Below are positions 28,766 through 39,114 of a DNA stretch of 64,000 nt, piece after piece. Every line of letters starts with the position of its first letter. Position 1 is the first letter of the stretch. The notes under the pieces were generated by a model, which was given only the letters and a program-made list of their open reading frames with translations, did no database searches and had not been told where the DNA came from. The position numbers were made by a program, and so were the translations under genes. The stretch is from contig CAWEJX010000012.1 of NCBI GenBank assembly GCA_963809485.1, positions 261,285-325,284 on the forward strand, written 5' to 3'. Origin of the DNA: an uncultured Acidobacteriota bacterium (GTDB lineage Bacteria > Acidobacteriota > UBA6911).

Positions 28766-31171
28766 TTAATGCGTCTGCGGGGGCTTGAGCTCGTTGATTG
28801 GAGCTTTTGGTACCAGGGCCGTGCTTTCTTTCTTGACAGTCAATTCCCTAACGAGGTCGAATGCGGCCGTCTGACGGATGTCCCTGGAAGAAGCCCCCAT
28901 CTTTATCTCATACCAGCCGGCTTCGGCTATCCAGCTCGAGGAAGCCGGATCAAAAGACGACAGGCTGCGCGGTGTAATCTCGAAACTCAAGGTTTGCGCC
29001 TCTCCGGGTTTGAGCAGGCGCGTTTTGGCAAATCCCTTCAGCTCAAGAGCCGGCTTGAGGAGCTTTCCGGCCGGGGCGCTGATGTAAAGCTGGACGACTT
29101 CCTTTCCGGCCGCCCTGCCGGTATTTTTCACTGTGACTGTCGCCGTCAGCCTGCGGGAAAACTTCTCTGAACTCAGCGAAAGCCCGCTGAATTCGAAAGT
29201 CGTATAGGACAATCCATACCCGAACTCGTAAGCCGGCTTTATCTCGAAGGACTCGTAATACCGGTACCCGACATAGATCCCTTCTTCATAAACGATCCGG
29301 GATGCTTTCGGCCGCCGGAAAACGCTCATTAAATCCTCGTCCTCGGCTTTGGCCTCCGGTTTCGCCTCTTCCAGCACGACTCCGGGAAAATTTCGGGCCG
29401 AAGGCACATCCCGGTATTTCATGGGGAATGTGGACGCGAGTTTGCCCGATGGATTGACCTTGCCCCTGAGCACATCGGCAATCGAGTTCCCGGTCTCCTG
29501 GCCTCCCTGCCATGCGAGCAGGATCGCGTCCGGTATGTTCCTCCAGCTCGCGGTCTCGATTACGCCTCCGACGTTCAGGACAACTACGGCCTTTTTGCCC
29601 ATTGCGTGGAAAGCCTCCGAAACGGTTTTAATCAGGCTCTTCTCCGAATCACTCAAGTCGAAATCATTTTCCACTTTGCGGTCGTACCCTTCGCCCGAGT
29701 TCCGGCCGATGGTGATCAGGGCGACGTCTGCGCCGACCGCCATTTTGGCAACGAACGCCGGATCAACGGTCATTTCCGCAATCGGAACCGGAAGCATGAA
29801 CTGCCGGGTCGGGGGGCGTTTCGCTTTCGCCGCGGCGAGGTAATCGCCATAGGCTTTCAGCAATTCTTCGTTCAGGACAAATCCCGCCCCTTTCAACCCT
29901 TCCACCAGTGAAACGCTGTACGCCTCATTGACATCTCCGCTTCCGGTGCCCCCGGTGATGATGTCATAGGAAGTATTGCCGAAGGCGGCCAGGTTTCTCA
30001 TTCCAGATGAGAGAGGCAGCGCCGCTCGATCGTTCTTCAACAGCACCATACCCTCGGCAGCCGCTTCGCGGCTGATCTTCGCGTGAGACGCCAGGTCGGG
30101 CTTGTTGGAGTATTTGTAGCCTTTGAAGCGGGGCGACTGGACCAGGATGCTGAGTATCCTTTCAATGTTCCTGTCCAGGACAGCCTTGTCCAGCTTGTTT
30201 TCCCGCACGGCCTTGATGATGGCTTTCGCCTGATCCGGACTGCCGGGCATCAGAAGGTCGTTCCCGGCTTTCATCTGCGCTACGGCATCGATGCCGCCAA
30301 ACCAGTCGGTCATCACAAAGCCTTTGAACTCCCAGTCCTCGCGAAGAACTTTAGTCAGAAGGTCGGGATTTTCGGAGGCATGGATTCCGTTGATCAGATT
30401 GTAGGAAGACATGACCGTCCAGGGCTGCGCCTCTTCAATCGCTATGCGAAAGCCTTCAAGGTAGATTTCCCTCAGGGCTCTTTCGCTTACGATGGTGTTC
30501 AAAGCGTTGCGGTTGGTCTCGGCGTTGTTGGCTGCAAAGTGTTTGACGGAAGTCCCGACGCCTTGCGACTCGACGCCGTTGACCATGGAGGCGCCCAGCT
30601 TGCCCGTAATCAGCGGGTCTTCGGAATAATACTCAAAATTTCTTCCGCACAGGGGATTGCGGTGAATATTCATCGCAGGGCCCAGCAGCACATCCGCCCC
30701 GTATTCCAGGACTTCGTTTCCCATCGCCTGGCCCACCCTGTAAACCAGATCGGTGTCCCAGGTGGATGCCAGCAGGGTGGCGACAGGAAATGCCGTGCAG
30801 TAATAAGTGGCACTCGAGTCCTTGCGGGTCGGGCTGATGCGCAATCCCGCCGGTCCGTCGGCCATCACCATGGCGGTGATACCCAACTCCGGGATTTCGT
30901 AGGTGGTGCCGGCTGCGCCGGGCACCAGATTCCGGGTTTGTCCTTCAACAGGCGCCCCGGGCACCGGAGCTTCGTCTTTGGCTGCCGGTGAATCCTGCAG
31001 GCTCATGCCCGTGCCGGTGACAAAATATGCTTTTTGTTCAAGCGTCATCTCCTGAATCGCTTTTTTTATCGAATCTTTGCTCAAGGGCTCCACCCTCTTT
31101 TGGGACATGGCGAATGCCAGAAGGCTGACACCCGCCATGGCAATGATCACGGGAAACCGGATCTTCTTCAT
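28766..31171 (-). CDS. GH3 beta-glucosidase
   Basis: DGPAGLR, GRNFEYYSEDP, KHFAAN, VMTDW, C-terminal FN3-like domain. Confidence 0.93.
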   Translation of the reverse strand: MKKIRFPVIIAMAGVSLLAFAMSQKRVEPLSKDSIKKAIQEMTLEQKAYFVTGTGMSLQDSPAAKDEAPVPGAPVEGQTRNLVPGAAGTTYEIPELGITAMVMADGPAGLRISPTRKDSSATYYCTAFPVATLLASTWDTDLVYRVGQAMGNEVLEYGADVLLGPAMNIHRNPLCGRNFEYYSEDPLITGKLGASMVNGVESQGVGTSVKHFAANNAETNRNALNTIVSERALREIYLEGFRIAIEEAQPWTVMSSYNLINGIHASENPDLLTKVLREDWEFKGFVMTDWFGGIDAVAQMKAGNDLLMPGSPDQAKAIIKAVRENKLDKAVLDRNIERILSILVQSPRFKGYKYSNKPDLASHAKISREAAAEGMVLLKNDRAALPLSSGMRNLAAFGNTSYDIITGGTGSGDVNEAYSVSLVEGLKGAGFVLNEELLKAYGDYLAAAKAKRPPTRQFMLPVPIAEMTVDPAFVAKMAVGADVALITIGRNSGEGYDRKVENDFDLSDSEKSLIKTVSEAFHAMGKKAVVVLNVGGVIETASWRNIPDAILLAWQGGQETGNSIADVLRGKVNPSGKLASTFPMKYRDVPSARNFPGVVLEEAKPEAKAEDEDLMSVFRRPKASRIVYEEGIYVGYRYYESFEIKPAYEFGYGLSYTTFEFSGLSLSSEKFSRRLTATVTVKNTGRAAGKEVVQLYISAPAGKLLKPALELKGFAKTRLLKPGEAQTLSFEITPRSLSSFDPASSSWIAEAGWYEIKMGASSRDIRQTAAFDLVRELTVKKESTALVPKAPINELKPPQTH

Positions 31172-31388
31172 AGCCCCCCATTGGGAGTAGACTACTTTGT
31201 CATTGAGCCGGATCTGCGCACGGCAAGCCGATTCGATCCATCCTCCAATACGCTTTATGTACAAACAGATAATAATATTTTTTAAAAACGAAATGCACGA
31301 ACGAATGCCAAATCGATCTCACATATTTCGGGTTTTCTGTGTTAAAGTGGAAGCACGATCGATTCATCACCATAGGAGATTCATATTC

Positions 31389-32318
31389 ATGGAGATAAAA
31401 GACTGGAGCGCTTCTGCCGTGGTCTGCTTCGCGCTGGCCATAACGATACTGGCCGCGCCGGCCCTCCAAAGAACACTGAGAGCGCAGTCGCCCGTCATCG
31501 CCCCGGGAGCCAAGGTTCAGCTGCTGGCGAATGGATTCAAATTCACCGAAGGGCCCGCGTGCGACAAAGAGGGCAACGTTTATTTCACCGATCAGCCGAA
31601 CGACCGCGTCCTCATTTGGAGCACTGAGGGAAAACTGTCCACTTTCCTGGAACCCGCCGGACGTTCCAACGGCTTGAGTTTCGACAGCGAAGGGAATCTC
31701 TGGGCGTGCGCCGATGAAAAAAACGAGCTGTGGCGCATTTCCCCTTCCGGGCGTCCCACGGTGGTCGTGAAGGATTATGAAGGCAAACTGCTCAACGGCC
31801 CCAACGACGTATGGATCCATCCCGGCGGAAAGGTCTACTTCACGGATCCGCTTTACAAACGGGACTACTGGAAGCACGACGGGCAGCGGATGGATGCGCA
31901 GTGCGTGTACTGCTGGGACCCCAAAAACAGCAGGCTGGTTCGCCTGACGGACGACCTGAAAAGCCCGAACGGCATCATCGGCACGCCGGACGGCAAGATC
32001 CTGTATGTGGCCGATATTGCGGCGCAAAAGACCTACAAGTACAGCATCCGGCCGGACGGCTCGCTTGCGGACAAGACGCTGTTCTGCAACATGGGTTCCG
32101 ACGGGATGACGATCGACAGCGAGGGAAATGTTTATTTGACCGGCAAGGGAGTGACCGTGCTCGACCCGGCGGGCAAGCAGATCGAGCAGATACCCGTCGA
32201 TGCCCCATGGACGGCAAACGTATGCTTCGGCGGAAGGGACCGTCAGACCCTGTTTATCACGGCCATGCAGAATCTCTTCAGCCTGCGCATGCGCGTTAAA
32301 GGCGCCGGGAGCCAATAG
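31389..32318 (+). CDS. SMP-30/gluconolactonase family protein
   Basis: FTEGP, NGPND, PNGI, SDGMTIDSEGN. Confidence 0.9.
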   Translation: MEIKDWSASAVVCFALAITILAAPALQRTLRAQSPVIAPGAKVQLLANGFKFTEGPACDKEGNVYFTDQPNDRVLIWSTEGKLSTFLEPAGRSNGLSFDSEGNLWACADEKNELWRISPSGRPTVVVKDYEGKLLNGPNDVWIHPGGKVYFTDPLYKRDYWKHDGQRMDAQCVYCWDPKNSRLVRLTDDLKSPNGIIGTPDGKILYVADIAAQKTYKYSIRPDGSLADKTLFCNMGSDGMTIDSEGNVYLTGKGVTVLDPAGKQIEQIPVDAPWTANVCFGGRDRQTLFITAMQNLFSLRMRVKGAGSQ

Positions 32319-32368
32319 GAGCGCGCTCGAGGCCAGGGTTGTCTTCATAATCAGGCGGAGGACAAATA

Positions 32369-33286
32369 ATGCAGAACCTCGAAGGGAAGGTTGCCTTTAT
32401 TACGGGCGGAGCCAGCGGCATAGGGCTTGGCATAGCAAAAGCATGTGTCAGGGGCGGGATGAAAGTTGTCCTTGCGGATATCCGCCAGGATCACCTGAAT
32501 GAGGCCCTGGCCGGTTTTAAAGCGGAAAATCTGGAAAGGAGCATCCATGGCATCCTGCTGGATGTTACCGATCGCGAAGCGTTCGCCCGGGCGGCGGACG
32601 AAACCGGGCACGTTTTCGGCAAGGTTCATCTCCTGTGCAACAACGCCGGCGTTGGCGTGATCGGGCCGATAAAGGACGCGGGATTCAGCGACTGGGATTT
32701 CGCTCTGGGGGTGATGCTCGGCGGAACGGTTAACGGGCTGCAGATCTTTCTGCCCCGCATTCTCAAACACGGCGAGGGCGGACATATTGTCATGACATCG
32801 TCGACGGGCGGCATCCTCCCCCTTGCAGAGAGCGTCATATATTCCACAGCCAAAGCGGCGCTGATCGGAATGTGCGAAGCCCTGCGAGGGGCGCTGGAGG
32901 AAGACAATATCGGCGTATCCGCTTTTTGTCCCGGGCCCGTGGCCACGAATATCCGCGAGACGGGACGCTTGCGACCGGAGAAATACCGGAAGGACAGCGG
33001 CTATCTTCAATTCGAGAAGAAGCTGGAACAGCGCCCGAATTCGCCCAACTGGATGAGCATCGAGGAATGCGGAGAGAGAGTGCTGCGGGGAATCCGGCGC
33101 AACGACCTCTACATTTTCACACACAGGGAATTCAAAGAAGGCGTGGCAGAGCGCATGGAGGCCATCCTGGCAGCTTTCCCGGACGATCCGATCAACCATG
33201 CGCTGATAGCGGAAATACCTCACCTGTTTTCAAATCCCGTATTTCGGCGGTCCAGTCAAATACCTCTGGCAGAGCCGGAGGCTTGA
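32369..33286 (+). CDS. Short-chain dehydrogenase/reductase
   Basis: TGGASGIG, NNAG, YSTAK. Confidence 0.92.
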   Translation: MQNLEGKVAFITGGASGIGLGIAKACVRGGMKVVLADIRQDHLNEALAGFKAENLERSIHGILLDVTDREAFARAADETGHVFGKVHLLCNNAGVGVIGPIKDAGFSDWDFALGVMLGGTVNGLQIFLPRILKHGEGGHIVMTSSTGGILPLAESVIYSTAKAALIGMCEALRGALEEDNIGVSAFCPGPVATNIRETGRLRPEKYRKDSGYLQFEKKLEQRPNSPNWMSIEECGERVLRGIRRNDLYIFTHREFKEGVAERMEAILAAFPDDPINHALIAEIPHLFSNPVFRRSSQIPLAEPEA

Positions 33287-33478
33287 TTGTCTACCGCTCA
33301 AAGCGGCTGGATGAGCTACACTGCCTCTAACCGCTGACATACGCTGGCAAGAGCCAATGAGACGCTTCCGTTGCCTTATGGATCGGCGTTCGTCAGCGTT
33401 TGGTCCGCGTATGTCGGCGTTCAAGGATCCTGGAACTGTCAAACTCCGTGAGTCGCCCTGCAGAGCTGTGGGATTACC
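33254..33478. mobile_element. Non-autonomous IS200-type element, copy 2
   Basis: AGTCAAATACCTCTGGCAGAGCCGGAGGCTTGA...ACCGCTCAAAGCGG...box array...GGAACTGTCAAACTCCGTGAGTCGCCCTGCAGAGCTGTGGGATTACC; colinear with 1279-1500. Confidence 0.7.
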
Positions 33479-33564
33479 AGTTTATTTAGGGGATTGAGTT
33501 ACAAGGCAGGACAAACCGGTGCCGAGAGAGGATATCCTCACGCGGAGGCGCGGAGAATAGAAGG

Positions 33565-34794
33565 CTAGGCAGCTTTCCTGCCGGTCTTGACCGGCGCGGT
33601 TTCTTTCAGCAGCATCGCCATCAATGTCGCAATCAAAGAGCAGGCCCCCATGATCCACATGGTTACAGGCAGGCCGAAAATGTCCGCAGCCCTGCCCGCC
33701 GCCCAGGCTCCTCCCGCCGCACCGATGATTTCCCCAAATCCCTGCACCAGGCCCGCCGTGGTTGCGACATACCGGGCGGGAATTGTTTCCGATGGGATTG
33801 TGGCCATCATGAGAGGCGACACGCCGTTGGCCAGCCAGCCGATGAAGAGCAGCACGCCCAGGATCCAGGTCGGCCCGCCGTAGAACAGGGCAGCCATTGG
33901 AACCAGCACTCCCGTGAGGGCTCCGACGATCATGACAGGCTTGCGGCCGATCCGGTCCGATAATCCCGGCAAAATGAACGCCCCGGCTGCCGCCGACATC
34001 CCCAGGACCGACATCAGGTAGCTCATGACCTGTGTGGAAAACATGCGGTGATTGACATAAACCAGCGGAAGAAAAGCCCAGCCCAGCTGCATCCACGCCA
34101 CAACGAAGACGCTCATCAGCATGCATACCCAGATATTGCGGTGCCGGAGCATTTCCCGGATCGGCATGCGCTCCTTTTCCCGGTCGGAGGCCGGGCGCTC
34201 GATCTTGGGCTCCCGCACAAACATCCACAGCAGAAGTGCCGAAAGCAGTCCAGGAGCAGCGGCCAGGTAAAAGGAAACCCTCCACCCGAAGGCGTTGGCC
34301 AATGCCACGATAGCCAATGGGGCCACGAAGGAGCCGAACAGGTTCGACCCGAAGTTCTGCACAAAGCCCATATTCAAACCCCGGCGTTCCGGGCTCGACT
34401 CGGCCGCCGCAAAGGATTGCGAGATCGGCATCAGGGGGCCCTCAGCGGCACCCATGATCATACGGGCCGCGAGCAGCATCAGGAAGGAGCCGGCCATGCC
34501 GGAAACAATGGAGCAGAGCGAAAATATGATCACGGTGATCACGAGAAAGGCCTTGCGATGGCCCGCCCGGTCGGCGATGGTTCCGATAACAAATCCCGAG
34601 ATGGCCCACATGAAAGCCAGACCCGATGCGAACAGACCGACCTGCTCGTTGGTCAGGTTCAGATCCGGCTTCACGAAAGGCGCCAGGTAGCTCATGGCGT
34701 TCCGGTCGAAGAATACGATCCCGAAATTGAGGCTCAACAGAACCATCAGCATTGTTTCGTAGGACCAGAAGCCTTTGCGGACCTGCTGCTGCAT
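33565..34794 (-). CDS. MFS transporter
   Basis: FFDRNA, GTIADRAGHRK, LSDRIGRK, many hydrophobic segments. Confidence 0.9.
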   Translation of the reverse strand: MQQQVRKGFWSYETMLMVLLSLNFGIVFFDRNAMSYLAPFVKPDLNLTNEQVGLFASGLAFMWAISGFVIGTIADRAGHRKAFLVITVIIFSLCSIVSGMAGSFLMLLAARMIMGAAEGPLMPISQSFAAAESSPERRGLNMGFVQNFGSNLFGSFVAPLAIVALANAFGWRVSFYLAAAPGLLSALLLWMFVREPKIERPASDREKERMPIREMLRHRNIWVCMLMSVFVVAWMQLGWAFLPLVYVNHRMFSTQVMSYLMSVLGMSAAAGAFILPGLSDRIGRKPVMIVGALTGVLVPMAALFYGGPTWILGVLLFIGWLANGVSPLMMATIPSETIPARYVATTAGLVQGFGEIIGAAGGAWAAGRAADIFGLPVTMWIMGACSLIATLMAMLLKETAPVKTGRKAA

Positions 34795-34902
34795 AAAACC
34801 TCCCCATTTGTGGAGAAATGCTTTCATTCTCAGGTCGGGCGGCTCCGGAAGCCGTCCTCGCCGGAATCTGAGTTGTTTAACGGCAAATGGCTGGTGCGAC
34901 TG

Positions 34903-35439
34903 CTACGGATTTCGCATGTGGCCGACGGCCATCCATTCCGCCAGGGATTCCGCATGAGCAGGATCCAAATGGACGGAAGAAAACAGGAAAGCGGACCCAT
35001 CCGAAGCTTGAATGCGCCGGATATCCCCATAATCCGGATCGGTCAATATCGCTTCAACGGTCTCGTCCAGTATTTCCTTCGAAAGCAGGAAGGGCGCCTC
35101 GCCAAACAGCGCGAGCGGTGTCGGACGGGGATATGTGTGCGATTCGCCGCGCACCGTTTGAGCGATGGCGTATCGTATATCCCCGCAGGCGGCGCGGGCG
35201 GCGGCCTCCGCATAGGCCCGGGTCATGTGCTTCTCCGAGTACAGGATGACGCGATCCTTCTCCCGCATCAGCACGATATCCGCGGTTCCGGTTGACGCCC
35301 GCGACTGTCTCCATTCGATGAATTCCGCCTCAGTGCCCGGCCACACCTCATCGAGGCGCAGAATTTTGCCGCTCCGAGAGGAATCCCGGACTTTTTCGGC
35401 AAGAATCTCGAGCGAGTCCGGTTTATCATAGTCCGGCAT
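34903..35439 (-). CDS. ydhW: YdhW-like accessory protein
   Basis: YS..MT..YA...AIAQTVR.ES.TYPRP...DIR...EW...NP resembles enterobacterial YdhW; follows the ydhV-like gene. Confidence 0.7.
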   Translation of the reverse strand: MPDYDKPDSLEILAEKVRDSSRSGKILRLDEVWPGTEAEFIEWRQSRASTGTADIVLMREKDRVILYSEKHMTRAYAEAAARAACGDIRYAIAQTVRGESHTYPRPTPLALFGEAPFLLSKEILDETVEAILTDPDYGDIRRIQASDGSAFLFSSVHLDPAHAESLAEWMAVGHMRNP

Positions 35440-35462
35440 TTGCCTTCTCCCGGTTCCGCCAT

Positions 35463-37559
35463 TCACACGGGCAACAAATCCATCCCGGCGAGTTTTTCCG
35501 CCACGTCCTTCAGGCCGAGCTTTTCCAGAGTCGCCCGTGTCGGAGCCCCCGTCTTCCGGTCCCAACCCAGCACCTGGTAAAAGTGATCCTTTGCTATCTC
35601 CATGTCCTCTCGCTCCATCTTGTTCGTGCCCGGCGTAAAGGCCTGTTTGTTTTTAGGAAGATCAAAGATCCGGTCCGGAATCATATCGTGAACGGTGCGC
35701 ATATCCGCGGTTCCCATATCACGGATTGTCAGTGCCCGGTGCAGGTTGAAAATCCGCTCCGCGACCAGATCCAGCTCCGCGGCATCCTTGCGGTCGCCCG
35801 TCACAAACGAATAAAGCTGCGCCTCGATTCCGTTGTCCCCTTCGTAGTTTCGCGACTTCAGGGGTGAAGCGACCATAGGATACATCCAGTTGCAGAGAGT
35901 GAGGGAATCGTGCAGCTCTTTGCGCAGCAGCGCCCAGACCGCGAACCTGGCCTTGTCGGGATTCATCCGTGTGAAATTCTGAACATCGTCCACGGCCCCT
36001 GAACCCCAAAGTTTTTCCGCAAGCTGCTTTTGTATTTTTGTGGGCAGGCCGTTGCGGACGAAGTTGGAGTGCGAGTGGCATTGGGCGTCCCGGTTGTAGA
36101 TCAGGTTGATCAGAACGCCCGCCTGTCCGGCATCCTCGTTGGCATGGTGTCCCGGGTGTCCCATTTTCCAGTAGTGTGTAGCCTCACTGTCAAAATACGA
36201 TTGGGGAAATTTCCAGCGGGCGGCCAGGTAGCCGGGACCTTCGCCAAAGGCGACGCCGAATTCGCCCTCGCGCAACGCAATGCGCCGGTAAAGCTCTTTC
36301 AGAAACCCCGGGTCCCCCGCCTCGCATTTGGACCAGTCGATGGATTTGTATTCTTCCGCCGGCAGGTTTGCTTTAATAAAGCCATTTTCATAGGCCCACC
36401 GGAAATCCCTCTGGAGCTGGCTGTAGCATGTCCAGACGCCGTAATCGTCGGCCATGTGCTTGCCGACAACGGCCGCTTCGATGCTGGTCGTGCCTGCAGG
36501 ACCGTCCGGGAAGGATTTGAAATACATCCTGCCGTTCCATCCCACGCAGGTGCTTGCCGCGTAGCGGCTGACGCCATATTTTGCCTCCACCGAGGGCACA
36601 TCGATCTGGGAATGGCAGCGGATGGGGCAGGAAGCGCATCCGCCCATCCGCACGGTGTGCTTTTCCGCTTCGGGACCCAGATCATAGGTAGCCTTCATGG
36701 TCCGGAATCCGATGCGGTTCAGTTCCTCGGGACGGCACTCTCCGGTCTCTATAGCAGGATTGGCGGCGCCCCAGAACAGTCCCTTGCGGGCGGTCCAGCG
36801 GCTGCGGGGAGCGGAGAAATCAGCCCAGGGCTGAGGGGTGCTCGGAACGACGTGCTGGTTGTTTCCGCCCATGAGCGAGAGTACATAGCGGCGCAGCTTT
36901 TTCCATTCCTGCGGGTCGGCAGCGATTGGGATTGCGCCGCTGCCCCGCACGGCGATGGCTTTCAGTTTCTTGGATCCGAAAACACCGCCCACACCGCCCG
37001 CGGAATGTGAGAAGGCATTCATCACGACAGACATCCGGACCAGGTTTTCGCCCGCCTGCCCTATCGCAGCCACCTGGGTTTCAGGGCCCATTTCCTGGCA
37101 GATGGATGCCGTCGCGCGATAAATGCCATTGCGCCACAGGTGGGACGCGTCGCGTATTTCAACCCTGTCGTCCGAAATAGCGATGTATACCGGCTTGTCC
37201 GATTTCCCCTCGATGATGACATTGTCCCAGCCGGCGTATTTGAGCTCTGCGCCCCAGTGTCCGCCCATATGCCCGGTGCCAACGAGTTCTGTGGGGTAGA
37301 CACACGGGAAGATCGTGGTGATCGACGTCCGTCCTCCGCAGGGAGCGCTGGTCCCCGTGAGGGGCCCGCCCCCCATAACGATCTTGTTGGCTTCGTCGAA
37401 GCTGCGCGTTTTTGCCGGGACTTCGTCCCAAAGCACCCTATAGCCGACACCGGTGCCTCCAAGGTAATCTTTATACCTGGCAGTATCTTCCTTCGATATC
37501 TTCCCCGTGGAAAGGTTGACGCGCAGTGTTTTGCCCGTCCAGCCGCCGTAGGATTGCAT
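35463..37559 (-). CDS. ydhV: Aldehyde:ferredoxin oxidoreductase family, YdhV-like
   Basis: GWTGKTLRVNLSTG, HMGGHWGAELKYAGWD, IGQAGENLV, GSKKLKAIAV, GCASCPIRC, LHDSLTLCNW. Confidence 0.85.
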   Translation of the reverse strand: MQSYGGWTGKTLRVNLSTGKISKEDTARYKDYLGGTGVGYRVLWDEVPAKTRSFDEANKIVMGGGPLTGTSAPCGGRTSITTIFPCVYPTELVGTGHMGGHWGAELKYAGWDNVIIEGKSDKPVYIAISDDRVEIRDASHLWRNGIYRATASICQEMGPETQVAAIGQAGENLVRMSVVMNAFSHSAGGVGGVFGSKKLKAIAVRGSGAIPIAADPQEWKKLRRYVLSLMGGNNQHVVPSTPQPWADFSAPRSRWTARKGLFWGAANPAIETGECRPEELNRIGFRTMKATYDLGPEAEKHTVRMGGCASCPIRCHSQIDVPSVEAKYGVSRYAASTCVGWNGRMYFKSFPDGPAGTTSIEAAVVGKHMADDYGVWTCYSQLQRDFRWAYENGFIKANLPAEEYKSIDWSKCEAGDPGFLKELYRRIALREGEFGVAFGEGPGYLAARWKFPQSYFDSEATHYWKMGHPGHHANEDAGQAGVLINLIYNRDAQCHSHSNFVRNGLPTKIQKQLAEKLWGSGAVDDVQNFTRMNPDKARFAVWALLRKELHDSLTLCNWMYPMVASPLKSRNYEGDNGIEAQLYSFVTGDRKDAAELDLVAERIFNLHRALTIRDMGTADMRTVHDMIPDRIFDLPKNKQAFTPGTNKMEREDMEIAKDHFYQVLGWDRKTGAPTRATLEKLGLKDVAEKLAGMDLLPV

Positions 37560-37563
37560 GAGT

Positions 37564-38262
37564 TCACCTCCGCTTTGAGTGGCAGCTGCTGCAGCCGGCG
37601 GACACATAATCTTTGGCAACCGGCAGAACAGCCTGGCGCACAGGTACTGCTTTTGTGAGATTATTCCACGAAACGAAACGGAGGGCGCCCGTAGGGCACA
37701 CCGCCACGCACTCGGGCTCCCCGTTGCAGAGGAAGCACTTGCTGGCTTTCGCGGCTGCCTCGTTGAACGTCGTCATCTCCCAGGGGCAGGCACGCTGGCA
37801 GACTCTGCACCCTCTGCATTTTTTCTGATCGACCACACGTGCGCCGGTCTTCGGATCCATCACGATCGCCTCGTAAGGACAGGCGGTCGCACAGGGAACA
37901 GGATGGGGGCATTGCAGGCAGACGTCCTGGACCAGACGCAGGTTGCCGAATTCGCCCATGCCGCGGTTGAATCCGTCCTGTTGTCCACGGGGGCCGAAAT
38001 TGTAGTTGCGGGAAATTTTGACGCGCGCGAGCGAGGGCTGAGAGCGTCCCTCGTTGAATTCCGTGCAGGCAAGCTCGCAGAGCTTACAGCCGACGCATCG
38101 TGTGGAGTCCGCGACGATCATTCCCTTGGCGTTTTCCAGAATGACTCCCCCGGAATCGGGCAGCAGGGCGCTCCATGCGCCATACAAGGGCAATGCCGCT
38201 CCTGCGCTCAAGGCGCTTTTCAGGAAGCGCCTTCTTCCTGTCCCTGGTTTGATTTCAGTCAT
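37564..38262 (-). CDS. ydhY: 4Fe-4S ferredoxin-type subunit, YdhY-like
   Basis: Four Cys clusters (CVGCKLCELAC, CLQC..PC..ACP, CRGCRVCQRACP, CFLC..C..CP); RRRFLK Tat-like N-terminus. Confidence 0.82.
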   Translation of the reverse strand: MTEIKPGTGRRRFLKSALSAGAALPLYGAWSALLPDSGGVILENAKGMIVADSTRCVGCKLCELACTEFNEGRSQPSLARVKISRNYNFGPRGQQDGFNRGMGEFGNLRLVQDVCLQCPHPVPCATACPYEAIVMDPKTGARVVDQKKCRGCRVCQRACPWEMTTFNEAAAKASKCFLCNGEPECVAVCPTGALRFVSWNNLTKAVPVRQAVLPVAKDYVSAGCSSCHSKRR

Positions 38263-38426
38263 GCCGTGTCCTTTCTTGTGAAGAAGGATTTGCCTGCCAG
38301 TGTAGCGGTTTTCGCGGCCGATTTCACTCACTCAAAACGATCCTTTTTGCCCCGCGCCGATGCTGCCAAATTCCTCTGAAAACGGCTGGCGGCATGATAT
38401 ACCTATGCCCCGAAAGCGAGAAAACT

Positions 38427-39056
38427 ATGTTGGCATCCCTTTGGCCGGCGGTTGCGTACGGCTTTGCCGCCGCCATGACTCCCGGCCCTCTTTCGATGTT
38501 TCTTTTTTCCCAGGCCGTAAGCACCGGCTGGCGGCGCACAATTCCCGCGGCTTTTTCGCCCCTTATCAGCGACGGTCCCGTCGCCGTGCTGGTTCTGGCG
38601 GTTTTGAGCCAGGTGCCGGATTCGATGATCCATTATCTGCGCCTGGCGGGCGGCGCCTTTATTCTTTACCTCGCTTTCGGCGCGTGGAAAACGTGGCGTA
38701 CGGCTATGCCGGGCGAAGAGATTTCCGCCGGTCCCGGGCCAAACAGCCTGATCAAGGCCGCAGTAGTGAATTGGCTGAATCCCAACGTTTATCTTGGATG
38801 GAGCCTCATCCTTGGCCCCATAATCCTGGGCGGGTGGCGCAAATCCCCGGCGCTGGGTGTGGGGCTGGTATTTGCGTTTTACATAACCATGATCGCCATG
38901 ATGATGGCGATGGTGGTGGTGTTTGCGTCCACACGCAATCTCGGCCCGCGCGTCCGTAAGTATTTGATGGCCTGCGCGGCTCTGGCGTTGGCCGGCCTTG
39001 GGTTTTATCAGCTCTGGATGGGTAGCACCGGCCTGCTTGCCTCTTTTCGACTTTAA
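38427..39056 (+). CDS. LysE-family translocator
   Basis: TPGP, GGAFILYLA, NWLNP. Confidence 0.85.
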   Translation: MLASLWPAVAYGFAAAMTPGPLSMFLFSQAVSTGWRRTIPAAFSPLISDGPVAVLVLAVLSQVPDSMIHYLRLAGGAFILYLAFGAWKTWRTAMPGEEISAGPGPNSLIKAAVVNWLNPNVYLGWSLILGPIILGGWRKSPALGVGLVFAFYITMIAMMMAMVVVFASTRNLGPRVRKYLMACAALALAGLGFYQLWMGSTGLLASFRL

Positions 39057-39074
39057 ATCCAGAGCATTTTTTTA

Positions 39075-39114
39075 TCAGCGTCCGTCAGCGCTTTTGTCAG
39101 CGTCTGTCCGCGTT
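39075..39114 (+). repeat. Four-box TCAGCG array
   Basis: TCAGCG-TCCG-TCAGCG-CTTTTG-TCAGCG-TCTG-TCCGCG-TT (10/12/10). Confidence 0.8.
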
